Below are positions 26,592 through 38,750 of a DNA stretch of 64,000 nucleotides, one piece after another (position 1 is the stretch's first letter; every line of letters begins with the position of its first letter). The translations under genes were made by a program, and so were the position numbers. The stretch covers positions 23,436,001 through 23,500,000 of the forward strand of contig OZ249438.1 of NCBI GenBank assembly GCA_965235115.1, in the 5' to 3' direction. The DNA comes from Laetmonice hystrix (taxonomy: Eukaryota). Under the pieces are notes generated by a model. The model saw only the letters and a list, made by a program, of their open reading frames with translations. It ran no database searches and was not told the DNA's origin.

Positions 26592-27425
26592 GTCACAATA
26601 TTTGCGTGAAGTTAATGTAGACACAAGTTCGAGGTTATAACTAATGATATACTTATAAATCTCAGAGTTAGGCCTATAGCTACCCATGTCAAATCACAAA
26701 CAACGTGACCATTACAAGTACATTGTATATCTGGAATGAAATCTGTTATCTCGAATAGTATATCACTCGACAAAATCTGAGTGAACTTGCAATCGCGTCA
26801 CGGGCAGTGTAGTAAGTGGTAGGCGCCTTGTGATTCCGCTGTTCTCCGATAGAGGCGCTGCGGTACCTGCAGCATCACTGGTTTAAACATTGCTGTCCCG
26901 CAGTGGGATTTGAGAATGGCCAAATTCCACGACCACTAAGTAGACAAGGCCTGTGGCTATTCGATCATTTTACCAGCCAGTCATGAAGGATAGAACTTCT
27001 TTTCAACAGCCAAGGATTAATTTCTTCTGATGATGATCCTTCCACCGACTAGCCGCAGGGTCGGACCGGCGATAGCCGACCCAACACTGTCGTTTACTAA
27101 GCCAGTGCTTAGAATTTAAATATTTTATTTACTTCACAAAGGATGAGTCAAAATCCATTTAAACGCAGACAAGGCAACTTGCCGGGGGACGCCAGATCAA
27201 GACTGCGTTTGTTACCTGTGTGCCGCGAAAGAACGGAGCTCAAAACGCACAAAAGCTCGCCCTGATCAGACACACAATGCCGGCTTTGGTGGGGACTGAC
27301 AGTAACTTGGGGGATTCAATTAAGTGGTCCGCTTACAACCAACACAAGCTGGGGTGGTCCGGCAGACCGTAGATGTTTCCGAGTGCCGCCCGTTAACCAG
27401 AACGGAGGAGTCCGTCCGACTCCTG

Positions 27426-27635
27426 GACCGACCTGCAGCCAACCCAGGAGTTTCACCCGTGACCGACCTGCAGCCAACCCCGGCGTTTTACCCGTGACCG
27501 ACCTGCAGCCAACCCCGGCGTTTCACCCTTGACCGACCTGCAGCCAACCTCGGCGTTTTACCCGTGACCGACCTGCAACCAACCTCGGCGTTTCACCCGT
27601 GACCGACCTGCAGCCAACCCCGGCGTTTCACCCTT
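27426..27635. repeat. Minisatellite, 35-bp unit x 6 (gaccgacctgcagccaaccccggcgtttcacccgt)
   Basis: Units at 27426, 27461, 27496, 27531, 27566, 27601. Confidence 0.96.
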
Positions 27636-27693
27636 GATCCGTGACTCGTCCCTGAGAGACGCAGACAAATCATTTCCTTTCTCCATGGCAATT

Positions 27694-28610
27694 CACCCCC
27701 GAGCAGGGCTCACATTGGTGCATGACACCCCCGAGCAGGGCACACATTGGTGCATGGCACCCCCGAGCAGGGCTCACATTGGCTCACGGTCACCCCCGAG
27801 CAGGGCTCACATTGGTCACCCCCGAGCAGGGCTCACATTGGTGCACGGTCACCCTCGAGCAGGGCTCACATTGGTGCACCGTTACCCTCGAGCAGGGCTC
27901 ACATTGGCTCACGGTCACCCCCGAGCAGGGCTCACATTGGTCACCCCCGAGCAGGGCTCACATTGGTGCACGGTCACCCCCGAGCAGGGCTCACATTGGT
28001 GCACGGTCACCCCCGAGCAGGGCCCACACTGGCTCACGGTCACCCCCGAGCAGGGCTCACATTGGCTCACGGTCACCCCCGAGCAGGGCTCACATTGGCT
28101 CACGGTCACCCCCGAGCAGGGCTCACATTGGCTCACGGTCACCCTCGAGCAGGGCTCACATTGGTTCACGGTCACCCTCGAGCACGGCTCACATTGACTC
28201 ACGGTCACCCCCGAGCAGGGCTCAGATTGGTGCACGGTCACCCTCGAGCAGGGCTCACATTGACTCACGGTCACCCTCGAGCACTGCTCACATTGACTCA
28301 CGGTCACCCTCGAGCACGGCTCACATTGGTCACTCCCGAGCAGCGCTCACATTGGCTCACGGTCACCCCCGAGCAGGGCTCACATTGGTGTATGACACCC
28401 CCGAGCAGGGCTCACATTGGCTCACGGTCACCCTCGAGCAGGGCTCACATTGGTCACCCCCGAGCAGGGCTCACATTGGCTCACGATCACCCTCGAGCAC
28501 GGCTCACATTGGTTCACGGTCACCCCCGAGCACGGCTCACATTGGCTCACGGTCACCCCCGAGCACGGCTCACATTGGCTCACGGTCACCCTCGAGCACG
28601 GCTCACATTG
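27694..28610. repeat. Minisatellite, 33-bp unit with 24-bp and 32-bp variants, ~30 copies (cacccccgagcagggctcacattggctcacggt)
   Basis: Tandem copies throughout; accounts for the overlapping long ORFs in the track. Confidence 0.96.
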
Positions 28611-28826
28611 TTTGTATGAACGGAATCTATACTATTTCTTGAAGATCGTCAAATCGTGTCCATGCCGTGAGAGTTGGTCAGATTAAAGGGAGAATCTTTG
28701 CCACGTACATGCTGCCATCCACGAGCTGCCATTCAGAACAATGATTTCTCGGTCAATCGGCAGGTATATTACAATGGGTTTCCGAAAGTATGATACAAAT
28801 TTCTAAGTAAATGGTGACATTGATTT

Positions 28827-28968
28827 NNNNNNNNNNNNNNNNNNNNNNNNNNNNNNNNNNNNNNNNNNNNNNNNNNNNNNNNNNNNNNNNNNNNNNNNNN
28901 NNNNNNNNNNNNNNNNNNNNNNNNNNNNNNNNNNNNNNNNNNNNNNNNNNNNNNNNNNNNNNNNNNNN
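28827..28968. other. Assembly gap (142 N)
   Basis: Run of N. Confidence 0.99.
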
Positions 28969-31451
28969 TTTCGACTTGTTGGCTTATAATTTGTAAAAAG
29001 TGGGCTTTTCGTTACAGTATATACTAACTGCCAAACTGCTGAAAGAAACTTATTATTATTTTGTAACAAACATAGCCTTCGTCGTATCGAGGAGTCCACC
29101 CCTTATAAAATAACAATTCCTTATTTCAGCCAAACTTCTCTTTTTAGCAACGACTATATTTCGACTTGTCGTCCAGGTTATTGTGCCAATTTACTCAAAA
29201 TATTAGCGTGATTTCCCCTTTTTCTCTCTAAGCCCTCGCAGCTGGCAGGGGCATGCCGAGGGTGAGGACGGCGGGCGATGGCCGCACCCTGGCCGGCTTA
29301 AACTCCCGACACCCGTGACCCCGGCCCGGTCAAATATTGGCCGAAAAAAACACCCCATCCAAGTGTGGGCGCGGAGCTACCGGGCGGCCCGTCACCTCGG
29401 CCCGTCACCTGTCGACCTCCCGGCCCTTGGCGGCCCGTGTAGACTCACAGGTTGCGACATGCGCATATATGTGAGCAGAACGGACACGTAGCGCGTGCCT
29501 CTCTCAGACCGGACCCGACACTTGTCAAGAAAGTAATACGAGTACAGGTAGGGTAAACAGGTTACTCTGATAGCACCGGAAGATGTCTGCCTGATATACA
29601 GTCCGACCAGAACTGATGGTTGACGGTGACGTACCGTCAAGATCGTTATTCTGTGACGTAGTGATGTAGTGACAGAGATAAAAACGAAACACCAGGCCCT
29701 TACATCTCCGCTCCACGGCGTTCTTCCCCAACATGTTCAGATATATTACTATGAAAGCTATTTATAGAACGGAAGTGAAGGTACTCACTAGCCTTTGGCA
29801 GAGCATTTGGTTTCAGGTATAAAGGGATAATTCACCAACCCGTAGTGGTAGATAATGAACGCTCCCGGACCAACCGTGAATATTGAGCATTATGAAAAGA
29901 CCATAATTTGCATAGCCGTGTGTATAGGAATATGAAAAACAACTCCCTGGGTCTCGGAAGCCAAGTAGGTCATTTTTAGTGACTGAAATCAGATTTGGCC
30001 ACTTTTAGAATTTATTTTACATAGGCCTAGTACCCGTCAGGTCCACATGTAGAAAGGTAGGGGCAACTTTGGATCATATCGGAGAACAGCAATGCAGACA
30101 TATGTTTTTTTGAAATGCTACGTATGACTTGAAATTAATTTTGTGCGATACCTTTAAAGAAAATATCGAATCCGATCTTTTCAGGGCATGTATACTCAAA
30201 TTTAAGGTTGATGCAGGAGTTGGGTTAGGTTGGGGTTAACAACTTTTTTCAAGCTGGCACACCCTGCCATGGAAGGGTCCAGGGCCATGCCCCGGATAAG
30301 TTTAACTACATAGTCCTATTCGAAATGGTGCATTCTATAGTTCAGCTTCGTGTTTCTCAAAAATATTGTTGAAGGGTCCACGTCAAATGTGCACATGTCT
30401 GAGGATTTACTCTTTTACATAATCATTGCGATAGGTTATATTGAGAATCTGCAACTGGAATGATTAGAATAAGCAGCAACTATTGGTAAATAACGCCCTG
30501 AAAAATGACATGTGTCAAATGTAGCTTTATTGCGACGAATGCGATTAAAGCCAAACACAACAGACGACACCAAATTGACTTGGGCGATCTTTCCGATGGA
30601 CGTGCATATTTGAAACGTCTCTTTCCATATCGTCGATGAAACATGAACGTTCTGTTTTCACATGAAAGAGAATACGAGAAAATTGTCCGCAATTAAAGGG
30701 CGATCTGTTTGTCTATTTATGCCCCTTCCACACGTGTTGCGTTTCAACCCTAAACTCGGGATGCCGCTGACGGCGTGCACTTGCATAATATTGTGACATG
30801 GCTGGCGGTACTGTGTCAATTTCAATATTGGGAAACTCGAGCCGTATTCCTGGGACGCGCCGAACAACATGCGGGAGAAAAAACCAACGTGGCTTCAACT
30901 GCTGTCGTCTGCACGAGCGACTGCTCAAGTGGCGGAAAGTCAGCACAGGATGTGGCCAGGATAACACGTACGAGATGCTTTGTCTTTTGGTCGCAATGTT
31001 CCCATCTAGCGGCGGCTGCTGGCGGCGGCCAAGGATACTGATCCCCCATGAAGACCTGTTTGTATCTCATCAATAAATCACACGTTTATTGAATGCGGAC
31101 AGTAAAAGGTCGTGTTCCTCAACCACGCATTTCGCTCTCAGGACAATACAGGCTCTTCGCCTGCATGCATGCATCATGTGTGTGCCTCTGCTTTTATTTC
31201 TCCGTAGCAGTATGGTATTTTGTCACTTTCTATTATGCCAACTTAAGAAAATGTATATGGGGATATATACTCTTAGCGATTGCATGGCTACTGATATTAT
31301 TAGATTTTGAAATGGAATGCACATCAAATTTGTATCCGTCCGCCGAATACACCATGCATCTTTGGTTAAATCAACACTTGGGATCAGTCAGATTCACAAC
31401 TATTTAACAACAAATTATATTCGCATTACCTTACCTTACCTCCCGTCCACA

Positions 31452-31688
31452 TGGACCGACGTTATAGGACAGGGGTTGGTATATTGGACGGTGATCTGTC
31501 CAATATTACCGGCTCGGTGGACCGACGTTATAGGACAGGGGTTGGTATTGGACGGTGATCTGTCCCATATTACCGGCTCCGTGAACCGACGTTATAGGAC
31601 AGGGGTTGGTATTGGACGGTGATCTGTCCAATATTACCGGCTCCGTGGACCGACGTTATAGGACAGCTAGGGGTTGGTATATTGGACA
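31452..31688. repeat. Minisatellite, 64-66 bp unit x ~3.6 (tggaccgacgttataggacaggggttggtattggacggtgatctgtccaatattaccggctccg)
   Basis: Units at 31452, 31518, 31582, 31646 (partial). Confidence 0.94.
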
Positions 31689-34600
31689 GGGACCGGTCGA
31701 ATATTGCCGTCTGTTGAGTAGAAGGTGAGCGGAGCGCGGGCTGAGAGTAATCAGGGCCACTGTCAGCAATGACAACCTGAAGCTGACGGAGCGGAATAAC
31801 AAGCCGCCATCAATAGAAACCCCCCTCGGGAAGCCTTTGAACCGCCGCACAATACCTCGCCGGCCCAAATGAGGTGAAAATCGACATAAGCGATCGCATA
31901 AGTGATACGTTTGGCGGACACGGGACTGTCGGGGAATTGGAAAAGTCCTTTTTTAAGCGATGTAAACTTGTCCTTGTTTTTTACTGTGAACCAAGTCGTG
32001 GCTTTCTGGTGACGAAGGGCTTTTCTGCCCGGAGCAACTGCAACAACATTTTGCGACGATGCGACAAAGGCCACAATAGATGCGACATACACAAGCTAAA
32101 GATGAGCTCTTTGAAGGCTTGGGGTGAAAGGCCAAGCAAATGTTTTCTCAGTCTGCCGTGCGTCCCTTTCAATAAACAGAACCCCTGAAGGCGCGAGAAC
32201 GTCTGATTTGATTCCCATCTCGGGGAAAGGTAAAACCTATCCTAGGGCCCACCGTAAAATTATAGGTGTCAAAATTATAAGGTAAGTTATAATGTACTTG
32301 TGGAATTCGATATAACACAATTGGCCATTAAACCAAGCCTCCCTGCTCTCGCTCCTCGACCAAAAAGGGCTTTGTTGGAAGCCATGGACCCGGGCTAATA
32401 GTGAAAGCAGACCTTCACGGCATTTGTTACAAATTTATTCACAAAGTTACCGTAACAAGATCCAAAGCTGGCCCAAGGGCTGAAGGAGACGGGGGCCATT
32501 GTCGAGCAGTTCACGGACGTCCCGTTGTTTATCTTTTTGATGAAACCAGAGACGATCTTTTTCACTGAAGAAGGTGTCTCACTGGAAAGGGCTTGTCGTG
32601 TCACTTCGCACCTTCAAACGGTTTTTGTTGAGAAACGTTGAGGAATTAGGGCTCAAACCAGCTTGGAAAGGGCCCCGGGTGGATTAAAGGCCATTCTGTC
32701 TCCCCTGCGTCGACGGGGTGGGCCCTTTACATGCTTCATTAGCAACCATCAGCTCAAGACTACCATTTACTTAACGGGGGTTTCCGCCCGGACCAACCTC
32801 TACCGTTAAACATGCTGGGATGTGACCCTCGCTCTCTAAACGTACGCCGTGAAAATACTTGGCGCAGATGGTATACCGACTGGCGGGACCCTGGGTGGGA
32901 GTACGCGCCCCGACATCCCAGCCCTGCGTATGTATGCACGCACGCATGCATACATAAATAGCCCCGCATACATGTATATGTGTATATCGATTACATGCAG
33001 ACCTATCTAGATCATAAATTTACATGTGTTATTGCAAGCATACTTTGTTTCTATGTTTAGAATGACGTCATTAATCAACGTTCATATGTTACACCGTGAT
33101 CTCTACCAAATCTGCGATCTTGTTTTGTCCATTTAAGGGGCTAAATGTGAGACGAATTTGGGGTAGTAGTGTAGTTGTGAGGGTGCCGGAATCATGTCAA
33201 CATTTATTTCTCAGGATGGAATTTTATTTAGGAAAATAGATGGCGTCATCTTTACGCTGTATCTTGACGAGGTCTGGTTGCATACGGGTTGTCTGATCTT
33301 GCCGGTTGGTCAGAAGACAGTAAGTAGCTACGCTTATGCTGAACCTTTAAGAGGAGACGTTTCAAATAACCAGACAGCCTTGTGCCACTTTTGTAGTATC
33401 TGGTGTCGACTAGGACCAGTGGTGCGGCCCTGTTGAAGAGTTTGGCCGTTGGTGACACGTTTTTGATGGCCCTTGTCACGTTCGGACGTCTTGGCTGGCA
33501 CCAAGTGTTCTTGGTGGGTGGGTTGGGGAGGAGGGGGGGGGGGGGTAGAAGGGGAAAGCTGTCCCTCAAATACTACTGAAGACAAGAGTGGTCAATTTAG
33601 CGTCACTATACTCGCATGTACCTTGATGGCGCAATATTTTGCCATCAGTATAGGCGAGTTTTCCCAAGAAGACATACTTTGCCGGCAACAATTGATGGTG
33701 AACTGGCCCCTCCAAACCGGCGGGAAGAGTGTGTTCACGTGGTATCCGATCAGGTAACCTCTTCATTCTCCATACGGAGAGTTTGAAGAGCAAGGGACGG
33801 CCAACTATAGTCAATTCGGTCCCAGGGAGGCGCAGTTTGCTAACACTCGAGTACAGTTAGCATAGCGTGGCGACCAGTCAGAACTGAATATCATTAACTT
33901 GAGCTGATTACATGGGCGCGGTTTACGGTTTCACAGCCCGATTCTCCTTTCCCTGGTGCAATTAAAGGGTGGCTGGTTGGGTTGGAGGGGCGTCGGTTGT
34001 CGGCGTGATTGGCAGCGGGCCGTCGGTCTGTCCGCCCGTCCGTCCGTCCGTCGGCCGACAGCAGTCCGGGGGCTCGGGTCGACTGGCTCACGTTGCACCG
34101 CCCATCAACATCAACACTGGTAAATTGATCCAGAGTAAATCAAGAATAAATAAATTAAAATTATAAAAAAGGTTAGCCATTACGTTAATGCCATGTAGGA
34201 AGAGAAAACACAGTCAAAAATGGCAACTTCACATATTGGTCGAGGAACCGGAGAAAGAAATGTGCCCTTTTCATGCATCAACTTCAACGTAAGGTCAGTG
34301 TATCCTAAATATGACATTCGTGATTATATCATTATTGTTTGTATTGAGTGTCAGGAGAATTTGCACTTAGATATAGGGGAAACTATATCTATCAAAAACA
34401 GCCGAAGTGAAGTGTGCTGATCAGCCAACATGACTTGGATTCCTATGTTACTCGAGTTCCGTGTTGTTTGGGTCTCTAGTGACGCAGGGTCATGACACCA
34501 CGCGGGGGGTCACCTGTCCTGTCTATCTGGGGACGGCTAATAAAAGATCAATTTTTTACGCTTCAATGAAGTGCAGTCTCCTCGCGAGTCGCCTATTTTC

Positions 34601-36761
34601 TTTGAACCAGACCGCAATCACGCCAAGACGTGTGCTGAAGGGTGGCGACTAATTAAAAATCGAATTTCACCCCCCGACCATTTGAAAGAGATAGCCCATT
34701 ATCGCCTGGAGGCTGGTCGCGAGGCGCCCTGCACAATGGCTGCGGGCAGCGCGGCAGCGACGTGTAGCCGGTAGTTGCGGCCGGTAGGTGGCTGCGCCGG
34801 TTGCCAAGGGTGACGGTGTCACAGACGACATTCACAGCTAACCCTCGACCCGCTTGCCCCTCCGACTGCCTGACGAATGACGTCCTCGCGTGCGTCCAGA
34901 CCAAAGTCTTCCGTTAAAACAAGCCTCGCACGGTTGACATCCGGGTACCGCCTCTGAGGTCGTCAACGCGTCCGATTGCATCTTACGACGACGTGCATGT
35001 GGTGGAGACTGTGTTATTCGTGTAACTCGCTCATTAACTCGACCTGTCGGTTAAGAATGGCATGGTCTAAGGCGACCTGTGTACAATAGGGTGAAGGTAG
35101 TGAGGGAGTGAGGCTCAGAGAGTGGATCCCAATGATCTGTGGCGTGGGGAGGTGGACGATGAACTCTGTGAACGGGAGCAGAGGGCAAGGATCAAAGTGA
35201 TCACTGCCACCAGCTGGCTCACCCACGACTTCCCCTTGGACGCCACCTGGCGGCAGGTATCGGTAACTGCAGCCGGACCTGTTGAGTGGGGAGAGGTTGG
35301 GAGATGGGGAATCTGGAGGTCAGTTTTGCCCGAGGCAAGGTGAGGAGACGTAAGAAGGGAGGAGAAGAACATGATGAAAACTAAAAATAGGCCTAAAGCT
35401 AATTATTAAATTTATTTGTATATTTATAGGCGCTTAGGCCTATAGGTCTACGACATAGGCCTATACACCCATAGGCCTAAGCCTATACGTATTACATGTA
35501 TAATGAATGCATATTATATATACACACATTCATGTATACCATAATGCCAACACTTCAACTGAAAAACATGCATCTCCTATCGACATGGTGAACAAGGATA
35601 TCAAAGACAATGACATCAAATGAGATGTGTATCCCATTTCAAAGTCGGGCGAATGTTCGACGGACACGAACTAACATAGCAGCTGGCCATTATAGGTGCG
35701 TTCCAAGATACCGAGCTACAATAGTCTGCTGGCGGTAAGATGACAACCCCAGAGACGGGTAAGAAATCCGCCGCCGTCCTTTTGCTAGCCGAACCTGTCT
35801 CCCAGCCCCCGAGTTATCAGGATCATCCTTATGCCTTCCTGATAAGATGTCATGTTATTATCTCCTCTCCTTTTATTACATAGATGATGCCGAATAGAAG
35901 AGCCTGTTGTTTTCAGTTCTATTAACGAATAATATGATGCGTAATATCTCAATTTGGTGTCCCCGCCAGCTGCGCCGTGGCCGTGGCTTTGATGTGTCCG
36001 TGACGCCGATTGGTGGCGTGTATCGGCCATGTCAGATGTGTGTGTGTGTGGGGTCTGGCGGGAAGGGGGCGGCCGACTGGCCGGGCTGGCGGGGAGCAGG
36101 TGGCCGTCACGACAAACGGCAGATCGACAGAAATCACATGCTTGCACGCCCCTGTCGTGGACGACTGCCAATCGGCGGCCTCAAGGAGGCTGGCCTGCCG
36201 CTGGATCAGTCGGTCCCGGTGTCGTGGCGGGCCGGGTAACATGGCAATGGAGTGAATGGTGTAATCAGCCGAGAGAAAGTTGAAGTGAGTAGGTCGGAAA
36301 CCGAGAGCTATATTTGTAGAGGGGAAAACGTAGTCAGTCCCCTACGAGAACGACTTCATATACACAGAAATTATGTTGTAACCCACTGCCGTGTCAATGT
36401 TCCAAACTTCTGTAAGCTTACTGAACGATGCAACATGAGGCATATACTCGAAGCAATCATGACTATTCTTTTACACAATTAAAATTTTCTGCAAACACAA
36501 CAGCCGTTACCTCAGCAGGGGATAACCATCCAGGTCCAAGATTTGATCTATGTTGGGGAGTGATGGAGCTTTAAAACACTGTAGCTCAGCTTCTGCAACT
36601 ATAGAAAAAGGACTGAAAGAACTGCACCCAAAATCATGTAGGAAGGAGACGCCATTAACGGAGTGTATTGTTTTTGTTACGCCCCTAATTTTTCATATTA
36701 TATGATAAACTCGCCTCCTGGACTACTCCCATCCTCAGCTCAGAATCTGCCAAGCCTTGAC

Positions 36762-36846
36762 CCGGTGTGATGTGCTAAAGTGACCCCGTGGTAAGGTGAC
36801 CCGGGGGTCAATTTACCACGGGGGTCATTTTTCGATGTGACACCGG
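36762..36846. mobile_element. 85-bp foldback element / mini-MITE with nested inverted repeats
   Basis: ccggtgtga...tgacaccgg ends, tgaccccgtggtaa / ttaccacgggggtca middle arms, tgaccc-g-ggggtca centre. Confidence 0.6.
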
Positions 36847-38469
36847 CAACGGAATACCGCTGCTTTTACAAATTTCTTCTTTACTCGTATAACTAAAGGA
36901 TTACTGGAATGCATGGAGCCCCTGGCACGCTTTCCCGTGAGGACCTGATGGCTACGCAGTCTAGAAGCATACTCTTAGAATGTGTTATATGCTGAAGATC
37001 ATCTCAAGACGCACTCTTCCTAAAGAATCCTTTGAAATGTCACATCTGTCCCCTGCATTCGAGTTGTGACGTAAATCGTGGCAGACAGCAGTGTAGCGTT
37101 GTGGGACGCGGGTCACAGGTCGGTCTGTTCTCTTCGTTATCGCAAGAAGTATTACCATGACAATTAGGGGATCCGCCATCAGCATCCAGGGATGCTATGA
37201 ATCTTAAATGGGCGCCCAGTAATGAATGGTGCAGACCACAAGCGTACAATTGAAAGCTGAAATTGATAAATTCTCGAAGGTCGAGCTGTGCCAGCTCTCT
37301 CACGATAATGATGGCTCCAACCGTGCTACGTTTGCCTCGATCGACACGACTCGCAACGCTGTCGCTAGATGGCGCGAAGTACAAAGAGCCGGCCGTCTAA
37401 ACCTCACTCATAAGACCGTACATTAAAAATGAAGACAGATAAGCCCCATCACTTAGGAAAGGGGAGATGTAACACGACACCGATCCGAATTGATGAAGGA
37501 AATATGACCGCCCATGCTCCGCAGCAGCTAGAAAACAACTCATCTATTGTGGTGCTGTTTTGAGGCTGACACTAAAAGCTTTTTGGGAGCAAGTTTTGGC
37601 CTTTCCAGACAACTTCTGCAACAAATGTTTTAAAAGATGCTAGAAAAGTTTAGCCCGTTAAGTTTCGCCTATCCTGCTTCAAAGTACAATTGCTGCAAGT
37701 ATCCCATATTTTGCATGAATGGGTAAATGAATAATACATGTGTAGTGGGATTGTGGGATGTAAGTATACCACACAGAGGGACGGGAAACTCCCCCAAAAA
37801 TGACATCGGCGGCTTCCCCCTCAGTACCAGAGAGAGCCGTGCATGCTACAGGCGCGTGCGATCCTTGTAGTTATTGATATTCTCCAAGTTCAGTGTCAGC
37901 CACCTAGCTGCCCTTTATGCGGACGTTTTTCTGCAGTTAAATGGGTCGCTGGTGTCGCGTCGTATAATGTTGCGGCTGACTTTGTTATACAAGACGCTGC
38001 TTCGACTTGCTGACACGCCTCTGGCAGAGTCTTACGTGTCTATACCGGCAGATACAACACAAGGCTACCCAAAGTAGGATGCCACCGACATGTTTCCCTG
38101 GCGTCTGATAATCCAATATTTGTCTGTCATCCAAGTAGTTTTGCTTTGAGCCCCAAAGACGGCGCGGGAGCGAAGCACGCCCTCTCTCCGCTGTGCGCGC
38201 GGTCTGCGCACTTCCTTCGCCGGCGGGCTCTTCTGTCCCCTAAGTGACCTTCAAAAGTGCAATAGGAAGCCCGGCCGGGACAAAGACGGACAAAGTGGCG
38301 GATCTGCAGTAATGAGCAAGCTGACGACACGTGCAAAAAGCTGGTGTATTAGGAAGTACCCAGCGACGGAAGGCGGGGTGGGGAAGGAGGGGGGTGGAAT
38401 CCGACAGGCAGTAGTCTAGGGTGAGTTCTTGCCTGCTCAAAGGTGGTCATGTGAGCGCTGAAAGGCCGT

Positions 38470-38750
38470 AAACACCACTCAGGGTTGTTTTCAATTGTTC
38501 CCTGCCCATCCTCCTTTTCCCTAATTTTCTTTCATCTTCTTCCTCCATCTCCTCTTCATCATCATCGCCATCGTTGTCATCATTGTCATCATCAACATCG
38601 TTGTCTCCAACATTAATATCGCGACGGTTAACACGCCGATTGTGGAAAAGTTTAAAGTAAGTAGGCTATGAAAATGGTCATTGGCGTCAGGCTGCCGATT
38701 ACGTGGGGTTGGTAGATTTAGTTTCCTTCTCTTGTCCACCTTTGCTGATA
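38470..38750 (-). pseudogene. Possible decayed PIF/Harbinger transposase C-terminal fragment
   Basis: Minus strand reads RW...MTIFIAYLL, frameshift, KLFHNRRVNRRDINVGDNDVDDDNDDNDGDDDEEEMEEEDERKLGKRRMGREQL, resembling the remembered I.AC..LHN + acidic tract + G..R..L layout of DDE_Tnp_4 tails. Catalytic motifs not seen. Confidence 0.3.

Noticed and set aside
27634-28642. Long ORFs (187-306 aa) annotated as CDS
   Set aside because: Explained by a stop-free tandem unit; kept only as a low-interest finding.
31700-33830. Possible decayed LTR-retrotransposon region (FISQDGILFRK; KYVFLGKL fragments)
   Set aside because: Fragments are on different strands and frames, with no ordered RT, RNase H or integrase motifs and no LTRs.
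35122-35343. Protein-looking ORF DPNDLWRGEVDDELCEREQRARIK...WRQ with a CAG|GTATCG donor
   Set aside because: No polypyrimidine acceptor, GTG start, no recognised family, no partner exons.
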